Assembly (NCBI GenBank): GCA_009859145.1
Contig: VRVR01000034.1
Span: forward strand, 5,305-69,304
Direction of reading: 5' to 3'
Length of the DNA: 64,000 nt
Source of the DNA: Andalucia godoyi And28
Taxonomy: Eukaryota; Protista; Jakobida
A model generated the notes under the pieces. The model was not told the DNA's origin. It saw nothing but the letters and a program-made list of their open reading frames with translations, and did no database searches. This document shows, in pieces, positions 31,172-39,198 of this stretch. Within the stretch, counting starts at the first letter, position 1. Each line of letters begins with the position of its first letter. Position numbers and translations under genes: made by a program.

Positions 31172-31475
31172 TGTTCATGTTCCCTCTCTCTCTCTCTCTC
31201 TTCTTTCTTGTCTTTTTTTCCCCATCTGTTTATTGTTTTTTTTTTCATTCTTCTTCGGATAAATTCCATATTTATTATGATTTTTCATCAGAAAACAATA
31301 CCGCAGAAAAAGAAGTCCGAATTTTGAAAGACCTCGACATTATATAAAAGACACGTTAAAATTTCAAAAATTATCACGAACACACAATGGGCCGCAGAAA
31401 TGACGGCCAAGTCACGAAGAACGGCAACTTAATTTAAACACACGCACGCACACTTTCTCTTTCTCTCTCTCTCTC

Positions 31476-32774
31476 TCAGACGAGGTGGGACTGAATGACA
31501 CCAGCCAGGGAAGTGAGCTCTCTCTTGAACTCGGCAGGGAGGGCTTTCCATTCGTTATCGCTCAGGGAAACCAGTTTCCCTCGCAATCGCACCAAATCCG
31601 AAAGCGGGAAATCATCCGTCAAATCGTCGACTTTAGAATGCCGAACCGAACGAAAGCTCATCAGCTCTCCAGGGGTTGAGTACACCCCGCCATTGCGCTG
31701 CGCTGGCAACTGTGGAGATGTCGACGTCTTCTGTGGCGATGTAGAAGGTCGCGCAGCCGGCAGCCCGCTTTTGTTGGTAGGCCGCGCTTCTGCAAGCGGT
31801 GACATGATCATCACAGCCTGGCGTAATCTTGGTGGAGAGTTTGATTCGCGCTTCAAAGACGACGAATAGGACGGAGTCTGGTTCTGCGCAGCAGAGGCTG
31901 AAGAAGCTGCACTAGAAGCTGGGTGATTGAGCAACGATTGCCATGAAGGAAGCACCTTTTTCTGTTCACGCGACAATCTGGTCTCTGATTTGAGAACTGC
32001 TTCTTCCAAATCCGACGTTCGAAGTTCGGACTCTCCATGAAACGAGACACCAACAGCGTCGCCATGATCTGTGTTTCTGTCTGCGCCGTCGTCAGTATCG
32101 TCGTTAAACAATGAGCCCTGTTGATTCTGGTATTTGGACGTAAAAGGCGATCGAGACGCCGCATACTGCTTCCGGAGCGTTTCCCGATAATTACTCCACA
32201 CCGAAAGCAACGGTCCGCCTCCATTTGCAGTTGTCCCCGTTGTGGCGCTGACATTAGACCCGGCATTGGCATTCAGCTTGCCGCTCAGCAGTGGCCCAGA
32301 GTCGCCCGTTGCAAAAGTACTGTTCGCTCGGCTCATTTCGGCTTCTGTTTCAGAATCCTCTTGTTCTTGATGCTGTTGCTGCTGACGTCTCGATGTCACC
32401 CACGGAAAAGCGCCCGACTGTTGAAGCAACGACGGACCGACCGGTTGCTGGTGTGCAGGAGATTCGAGTTTCCACCGATACAAGTGTGAAAGATTGGGAT
32501 TTGCAACGACGGATTGCAAAACAGAAGTCTGCTTGCTTGGAGTGTATGGATAATGAATACACTGCGATTGGGATGCACGAACTGAATTCTGCGCAGCAAA
32601 CAAAACAGCAGACCCAGAGGCAGAATTTATATTCGGAGCAGACCCAGCGTGCACAGGAAGAGACGACTGGGAGCGCAAAGGAGTGAAATGCAAGCTTGCG
32701 GTAGATGAGCCAGAGATGAGACGCTGGTGATGATGATGGTGAACAGGCGTCGTCGTTGATGGTGCGGCGTGCAT
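31476..32774 (-). CDS. Hypothetical low-complexity protein with short helical C-terminal domain
   Basis: 432-aa ATG ORF, Ser/Pro/Gln-rich; C-terminal DDFPLSDLVRLRGKLVSLSDNEWKALPAEFKRELTSLAGVI. No family recognised. Confidence 0.65.
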   Translation of the reverse strand: MHAAPSTTTPVHHHHHQRLISGSSTASLHFTPLRSQSSLPVHAGSAPNINSASGSAVLFAAQNSVRASQSQCIHYPYTPSKQTSVLQSVVANPNLSHLYRWKLESPAHQQPVGPSLLQQSGAFPWVTSRRQQQQHQEQEDSETEAEMSRANSTFATGDSGPLLSGKLNANAGSNVSATTGTTANGGGPLLSVWSNYRETLRKQYAASRSPFTSKYQNQQGSLFNDDTDDGADRNTDHGDAVGVSFHGESELRTSDLEEAVLKSETRLSREQKKVLPSWQSLLNHPASSAASSASAAQNQTPSYSSSLKRESNSPPRLRQAVMIMSPLAEARPTNKSGLPAARPSTSPQKTSTSPQLPAQRNGGVYSTPGELMSFRSVRHSKVDDLTDDFPLSDLVRLRGKLVSLSDNEWKALPAEFKRELTSLAGVIQSHLV

Positions 32775-32902
32775 CCAGATTGAGTATCGAACACGCGAGA
32801 AAAAGACAGAGAGAGGTACAGAGAAAGACAGAGACAGAGACAGAGTGAGGAAGCGGAGAGAAAAGGATGCGAACGCAGTAAAATGAATTCTGACAAAAAG
32901 TA

Positions 32903-32972
32903 GAAACGAAACGAAACACGAAACGAAACGAAACGAAACGAAACGAAACGAAACGAAACGAAACGAAACGAA
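32903..32972. repeat. (GAAAC)n pentamer repeat
   Basis: Direct: about 13 units with one interruption, in the divergent intergenic region upstream of ATE1. Confidence 0.92.
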
Positions 32973-33237
32973 GCATGCGAGTTTGGTCGCCTCGTTTTAA
33001 CGGGTAGCATCAAGCGTTTCTTTTTTCTTTCTTTCAGTGTGTATCCGTCGGGACATTTCCTGGACTTGGCGGGCCTTTCTTTTTTTGCTCCTATATTCGT
33101 GATTGCACCCTGAATGTCTCTCACTTCCCGTGTTGGAAACTGCGACTTGGTTGTTCTCGACACTGTTGTCCATTCGTTTGTTGCTGGATTCTTGTACTTT
33201 TATTATTATTACCTTTTCTATTCACGAGAGTAGAGGT

Positions 33238-33355
33238 TGGAGACTGGAGACTGGAGACTGGAGACTGGAGACTGGAGACTGGAGACTGGAGACTGGAGAC
33301 TGGAGACTGGAGACTGGAGACTGGAGACTGGAGACTGGAGACTGGAGACTGGAGA
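33238..33355. repeat. (TGGAGAC)n heptamer repeat, 16 full units plus one partial, abutting the ATE1 ATG
   Basis: Direct count; the array ends 2 nt before ATG 33358. Confidence 0.95.
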
Positions 33356-33357
33356 TT

Positions 33358-35067
33358 ATGGAAGAGCTGCGAGTTGTTCGAAAGTCCCAACCTCGGCTGG
33401 TTGTCCCTAAGAATCCGGACATGGGATATCCGTGTGGGTATTGCGGGCAGGAAAACACCTCCGTGACGTTTTCGTCTCTTAGTTGCACGTGCGGCCCTGA
33501 TCCGAGTCTCACGGTGTCCGACTACCAGTCTGTAATTGACCGTGGTTGGCGGAGGTCAGGAGGCTATCTGTACATTAAAGACAATGAGAAGTCGTGTTGT
33601 CCTCATTATCCAATTCGACTGGATGTGCACAGATTTAGGCCTTCGCACTCGCAGAAACGAGTCATTCGACGGTTTCAGTCTGCGCGATTTGGTCCTCTGT
33701 GCGATATCCCCGACTTACATCGCCATGCCAATTCCGATCACGAACAGGACAAGCAGCGCAGTGAAAAGAAACGCAAGTCGTGGGCATGCATTGTCAGTGA
33801 TGTGCTGGGAAAGTCGGAGGCAGTTGCTGCACTGCAACGCGCACTGGCGCTTGAGTTGAAAAACGCTGATGTTGATTCTTCCAAATCGATGAATCAGTCG
33901 AAGAATGAAGTGTCGCTGTTCAGGCTTATGCCGTCGAAGCTGATTCATAGAGGCCAGATCATGTCGAATGCCCCCCTCGCATTTGATCTGGATGCGGATA
34001 AGGCGATGCGGATTGCAGATGCTTTGGTGGCCCAATGCGCGCACGCGGGCGTACTGGATGTTCAGTATGCATTGCCGGGATTTCTCAACGTCAGGCTCGC
34101 TGGAAATGTGTGGACAGACCTTCAAGCGGCGATCGAAAAGGAGCACCTCGAGGTTTTGAAGTGCGATTCCAGCCGGCAGCAGAAGAAGGCACCGGTCGGC
34201 AGCGAGACTGTGGCTGAATCGACTTTGCAAGAACCATTGATGCATACCTTGGGCAGGACCTCTGCGAATTCCTTCACCGTCCAAATCCTGCCATCCGAAT
34301 TTTCAGACGAAAAGTACGCATTGTACAAAAAGTACCAAATGGCGGTGCACAAGGATGCCGAAAAAGATTTATCGGAGGACAGATTCGCGAATTTTCTTTG
34401 CGATTCTCCACTTTTTAATGAACCCATGCCATTGAACAGCGCTAGAATGTCTTCCGTTTCGGACGGCCGCGCAAATCCAGCGAATGCTATTACCGAGTTC
34501 GGCTCGTATCACATGGAGTATAGATGGAACGGGATGTTGATTTCGGTTGGCGTCGTGGATATTCTACCGGCTTGCGTTTCCTCCGTGTATTGCTTCTATG
34601 ACCCCGCGTGGCATGATGCTGCTCTTGGTGTCGTTTCTGCCATGTGCGAAATCCAGCTCGCGCTCGATCTGGCGCTTCCGTACTTTTACCTCGGCTACTA
34701 CATTCACGGGTGTCCCAAAATGCAGTACAAGGCGGGCTACAGCCCGTCAGATCTGCTGTGCCCTGTGACCCTTCACTGGGTTCCCGCTGAACTTTGGAGG
34801 GATCAAATCTGCGCCAACAAGTTCTGTCGACTGGACAAGGGACACGAGGAAGATGCGGCAAGCCGGCAGAAGCCTATCTCTCGGACGGAGATTCTGTCTC
34901 AGAGGGTGCTCGTCCATCTGCCCCGTGCTGTCGAGACGTGGACCGTTGCGAATGTCCTGTCTGCGGTTTCCAAGCCCGCTGGAGAAAAAATCGTTGCTGC
35001 GATTCAGCGGTACATGCAAGCGGTAGGCCCTGAGCTTTGCAAAGAAATGGATCTTGTGTTCCAGTAG
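33358..35067 (+). CDS. ATE1: Arginyl-tRNA--protein transferase with an internal ArgRS-N-like insertion
   Basis: N-domain PCGYC, YQSVIDRGWRRSGGYLY, SCCPHYPIRLDVHRFRPSHSQKRVIRR; C-domain YALYKKYQMAVHKD, FANFLCDSPL, GSYHMEY, VGVVDILPACVSSVYCFYDP, LGVVSAMCEI, YFYLGYYIHGCPKMQYKAGYSPSDLLCP. Confidence 0.95.
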   Translation: MEELRVVRKSQPRLVVPKNPDMGYPCGYCGQENTSVTFSSLSCTCGPDPSLTVSDYQSVIDRGWRRSGGYLYIKDNEKSCCPHYPIRLDVHRFRPSHSQKRVIRRFQSARFGPLCDIPDLHRHANSDHEQDKQRSEKKRKSWACIVSDVLGKSEAVAALQRALALELKNADVDSSKSMNQSKNEVSLFRLMPSKLIHRGQIMSNAPLAFDLDADKAMRIADALVAQCAHAGVLDVQYALPGFLNVRLAGNVWTDLQAAIEKEHLEVLKCDSSRQQKKAPVGSETVAESTLQEPLMHTLGRTSANSFTVQILPSEFSDEKYALYKKYQMAVHKDAEKDLSEDRFANFLCDSPLFNEPMPLNSARMSSVSDGRANPANAITEFGSYHMEYRWNGMLISVGVVDILPACVSSVYCFYDPAWHDAALGVVSAMCEIQLALDLALPYFYLGYYIHGCPKMQYKAGYSPSDLLCPVTLHWVPAELWRDQICANKFCRLDKGHEEDAASRQKPISRTEILSQRVLVHLPRAVETWTVANVLSAVSKPAGEKIVAAIQRYMQAVGPELCKEMDLVFQ

Positions 35068-35436
35068 CATAGGGTCAGCTTTCTATCGTTGTGCAGGCAT
35101 TTTTGCACGGCAGACCCAAGTCTTCGTAAAATAAAAATAAAAACGCTAGCATCCACCTCTCTCTACGCGTGTGTGTGTGTGTGTGTGTGTGTCTGAATTT
35201 TGAAAAACCCCTGCAGAAAATTTACTTACCAACACTTTGAGCGTATGATACAAGAAGAAAACAAGAAAAAGAAAAGTGCTGAGAAATAGAATTCATCGCG
35301 CGACGCTTGTCTCGAATCGTTTTTTGCAGGCACGGCACGGCACACGATTCCCATCAAAACCAATGGAGACACAAGTGCTGTGGGCAGCAAAACACAATTT
35401 TTGCCGAGAGAACTCGCGAGACTTTTCTTCTCCCCC

Positions 35437-37864
35437 TTACTGCTTGTTGTCAGCAGCATAGTGCTCTGCGAGCATGGCAGCTGCCTCGTCAACAGCAGAC
35501 TTCAGCTCGGCGGGCGATTCGAAGAGATTGATCAGCTCCGAAACATCCAGCTCGATCAACATGCCAGTGACCTTGGCCGGGTTCTGAGGATACAGAGCCT
35601 GCACGCTGCGGAACAGGAACTCGCCAAGATACCGCTTTGCCTCAGAAGGCTCCATGTGGGAGACGAGAGACAGATCAAGAGGAGCGGACGCACCAGCAGC
35701 CGGAGCGGCGCCAGGTGCGGTCGGCGGAATGGAAACAGGCATGGTCATGGGAACTCCCTCCATACGCTGACCTCCGCGCATCGGACCAGGACCGGTACGA
35801 GGACCCGGGCCGCCAGGGGCTCCACCACGGGCTCCGGGGTACGGCTTTCCTGGCATTCCTCCGCGCATCGAGCCGCCACGGCGGCCTCCGCGCGACATGG
35901 GCAATCCGAACTGGACACCAGGATATCCTATTGCAAGTCAACAAGAAAAGAAAATAAGGAAAAAAACAGTCGATTAGAAAATCCATTCATCGATTCAAAC
36001 AATCCAAGGAAGGGAAAGAAAGAAAAGAAAAGCAAGAAAGAAAAAAGCAGCAAGAGAGAGAGGGGGGAAAAATGCCGAGCGGCAATGTGCTTCGGATGAG
36101 AATTGGATTGCGACGGATCAGACAAACTGTGAAAAGTATCATCAGGATAGAGCAAAGTGTCGTAAGCTGTATCAGAGTGAGCTGAGTTTGTAACATCATG
36201 TCGAAACACCCAATCCAACATCGGAAACAAACAGACCACAGCAAACCAAACAACGAGGAAGCGGGAAGCGGGGGGGAAGCGAAAAGAAAGAAAAAAAGCC
36301 GAAAAAAGCCGAAGGAAGAAGAAGAAGAAGAAGAAGAAGCGGGGAAAACAGACAAAAACTAAAACAAAAACATACCTGGTTGAGCGTTCTGGGGACCGTT
36401 CCAGCGGCGCATACCACCCGGAGGCGGATACATGAACTGCTGTCCTTGAGGGGGCACGACGCCCGGCGGGAAGAACATACCTGGGGGCGGCATTCCGCGA
36501 CCACCAGGAGCACCATTCGGCGCAGGTGCTTGGGAACCCGGGGCACCTGGAGGAGGTGCCATTTGTCCATACTGCATGGCGGCAGCGGCGGCGGCGGCTG
36601 CTGCTGCTGAAGCGGCCATCATGTTGCGCTGTGCATATTGAGCAGCAAGCTGGGCCTGGCGGAACTCTCTCTTCTGGGCAATGGCCACATAGAGGGGCTT
36701 GGAACCCAACATACGCCCGTTCATTTGTGTAACGGCACGAGTAGCCTCCTCTGGAGTGGTGAAACAAACGAAGCCGAACCCACGAGAGATTCCACGCTCG
36801 TCATACATGACCTTGGCGGAGGTGATGTTGCCGAATTCCTCGAATGCCTTGCGAAGCATGTCGTCGGTGGCGTTGTCGTCAAGGTTCTTGATATACAGGT
36901 TGACACCCTGGTACTTGGTCATGCGCTCCATCTTGAGTTGCTCAAATTTGCGACGGAGTACAGACATGCGCTCCGTCTTCTTCTGTGCGCGTCCGACAAA
37001 GACTTGCTTGCCAGGAGCAATCTCCGCTCCATTAAGCGCATCCACAGCCGACTTGGCAGCCTCCGGAGTTCCAAAGGTCACGAAACCAAAGCCCTTGGAG
37101 GATCCAGTGCCCTCATCACGACGGACAAAGACGGAGAGGATGTCACCGTGCGGCTCAAATATCTTGGCCAAGTCATCCTCGGTCCAGGTCTCAGGGAAGT
37201 TCTTGACATAGACATTGTTGAACTTGGGCTCGCCATCCGAACCAGAGCGCTCACGGCGTGGTACGAATCGCATAACCTCCACACGAGTTCCGGCCAACAT
37301 CATTTTGTTGACAGTAGCAATCGCGGCGTCTGCAGCCTCCTGTGTCTCAAAGTGCACATATCCGTAGCCCTTGGACTTTCCGTCAGATGCCATTGCAACC
37401 TTACAGGACAAGATGTTTCCGAACGGCGAGAATGTATCGTAGAGAGACTTGTTGTCGATGTCCTTGGCAAGATTCTTGACAAAGATGTTTCCAAGGCCAG
37501 AACGGCGCATCGACGGGTCGCGCTGCAACCACATGACACGCATCGGGCGTCCCTTGAGCTCGGAGAAGTTGAGTGCCTCCAACGCACGATCTGCATCAGC
37601 AGCACTCTGGAAGTTGACGTATGCATACTGCAGAGAGCGACGAGTCACGGCATCACGAAGCAAGCGGATCGATGAAATCGGTCCAATGGCTCCAAACACC
37701 TCGAGCAAATCCTGTTCCGTGGCATCCGGGTTCAAATCACCAACGTACAAAGACGACGACGAAAAGCGTGCTGCGTCGTCTGCAGAAGAAACAGCAGCAG
37801 CAGCAGCAGCAACGGGCGCGCCAGACTCGACAGTCTGCGATACAGTTTGATTTGCAACGGCCAT
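35437..37864 (-). CDS. PAB1: Cytoplasmic polyadenylate-binding protein (4 RRM + MLLE); exons 37864-36376 and 35927-35437 (659 aa)
   Basis: [57 protein letters not shown]; MLLE LGEFLF...[11 protein letters not shown]. The joined length of 1980 nt is in frame. Confidence 0.96.
35928..36375 (-). other. PABP intron (448 nt), snoRNA host
   Basis: GTATGT donor at 36375, TAG acceptor at 35928, phase 1 (CCA G|GA TAT). Confidence 0.88.
36113..36204 (-). ncRNA. Intronic box C/D snoRNA, SNORD29/snR71-like guide for an LSU rRNA 2'-O-methyl-A
   Basis: Box C AUGAUGU 36199-36193, D' CUGA 36175-36172, C' CUGAUGA 36145-36139, D CUGA 36121-36118. Closing stem cgac/gucg plus flanking uuggauug/caauccaa. The D' guide AAACUCAGCUCAC pairs (one G-U) with conserved LSU GUGAGCUGGGUUU, and the +5 rule points to the A of GUGAG. 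Confidence 0.82.
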
Positions 37865-38013
37865 TCTTGTCTTGTCTTTTTTTTTTCCTTTTTCAGTGTT
37901 TCTCTTCAGCAACAATAAACTTGATTTTCTCTTTCAAAACAGAAAAGCAAAATCGAAGTTTGGCAGATGAGCGAAGAAGAAAGATGGAGAAAAAATCAAA
38001 GAAGAAACTGATG

Positions 38014-38060
38014 TTTTTCTTTTTTTTTTTTGGTTTTTTGGATTTTTTTTTTTTTTCCTT
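38014..38060 (-). promoter_or_regulatory. A-rich tract upstream of PABP (candidate autoregulatory element)
   Basis: On the minus strand, near-pure oligo(A) blocks lie 150-195 nt before ATG 37864. PABP mRNAs are known to autoregulate through 5' UTR A-tracts, but the transcription start is unknown and A-tracts are common in this genome. Confidence 0.35.
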
Positions 38061-38644
38061 GTGTCTCGTAGTGGACGCAAGTAAGGGGTTCTGCGAGGGG
38101 AGAAAGCACCGAGTTTCGGATAAACACGAGCTTCCTATAGACGATTCGGTAGAGGGTTCCACAAGAGAAGGAAAGAAGAAGGAAAAGAAAAAAAGAAAAA
38201 GAACGAACAAGGAGAGGAAGGAGAAAAAAAGAAAAGGGGGTTATTCAGTCAATCAGGTTCGTCAGCTGAAAGCCTTTTTCCTAGAATGGCTCGTTTCCCA
38301 GTAGATCGCAGACCACGGCAAAGAGCGAACTTCCAGATGACCTTAACTCTTACACATCGGGGTATTTTCAGAAAGCTTCCTCCTTCTCTTACAGCTCAGT
38401 TGCCTGTACATTGCACTCCTTCGTGTCTCAAGGTGAGACTGCGAAATCCCTCCCCCCCTCGTTTTGTCTGTTTGGTTTTTTTCTCCGCCACTTGTTAGCG
38501 TAATCAAAAAATAACAAACATAATAACAACAGCAAGATGAACTGGGAAAAAGGGGGGAAATGTCATGTCATGTCACTCGGTTTCGCTCATACACTGCTTG
38601 AAAAGCTGCAGAAATTTCGGACGCTTTTGCTGTCTTTTTATTTT

Positions 38645-38675
38645 CTCTTCTCTCTCTCTCTCTCTCTCTCTCTCC
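38645..38675. repeat. (CT)n microsatellite
   Basis: Direct. Confidence 0.85.
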
Positions 38676-38836
38676 TTCTTTCTCTTTTCTCTCTTGGGGA
38701 GTCCCTTGGATTCTCATCGGAAAGTTGAAACACCTTCTGCCGACTTTTCTTTGAACATGTATGATCTCTTTTGCATCCTCCACCTTCCCGGGTTTCTCTT
38801 TTTTGCCTCCTTTTCTCTTTTCTGGTTTGTTTTGGC

Positions 38837-38953
38837 GGTGTCACGATGATCGAGAAAAATTGGTAGTCTTCGTTCGCAGGAGATACTGATTGAGACCCTC
38901 TGCGCCAATGAGGTGTTCTCACTGAAGAGACCTTAGTTGCCTGAGTGCACACC
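38837..38953 (+). ncRNA. Divergent U14-like box C/D snoRNA candidate
   Basis: Terminal stem ggugucac/gug(c)acacc. The 5' ucacGAUGAU and 3' CUGAgug ends resemble U14. Domain A-like CGUUCGCAG (38871-38879) pairs with SSU CUGCGAAUG. Domain B-like CCUUAGUUGC lies directly before box D (38941-38944) and imperfectly pairs with SSU ACAUCUAAGG in the same +5 register as U14. Box C is non-canonical. Confidence 0.5.
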
Positions 38954-39198
38954 ACGAACCCCTTCAATTTTCCTGGTTTTTTTGTTTTTGCTTTTTATTT
39001 TTGTGAATGAATACGAGCGTGGTTTGCTGACTGGTTGTTTGTTTTGATGTTCTATGTTTTTGCAGTGTGAAGTGAGCCGGGTTGGAAGATACCTCGCTTT
39101 GCCATTGCTGCGTGATGATGCAAGGTCAGATAATAAACATTATAAAAATGTAATAATTCTCCTTTCTGTAATTACCATTGTGGCCCGCTGTTTATGGA

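Noticed and set aside
33238-33355. Heptamer array as a CRISPR array or telomere
   Set aside because: It has no spacers and no cas genes; it is internal, gene-adjacent and not a telomere motif I recognise.
33103-33357. WRLETGD peptide repeats at the ATE1 ORF N-terminus
   Set aside because: They are a translation of the TGGAGAC array upstream of the likely ATG 33358, not a protein repeat.
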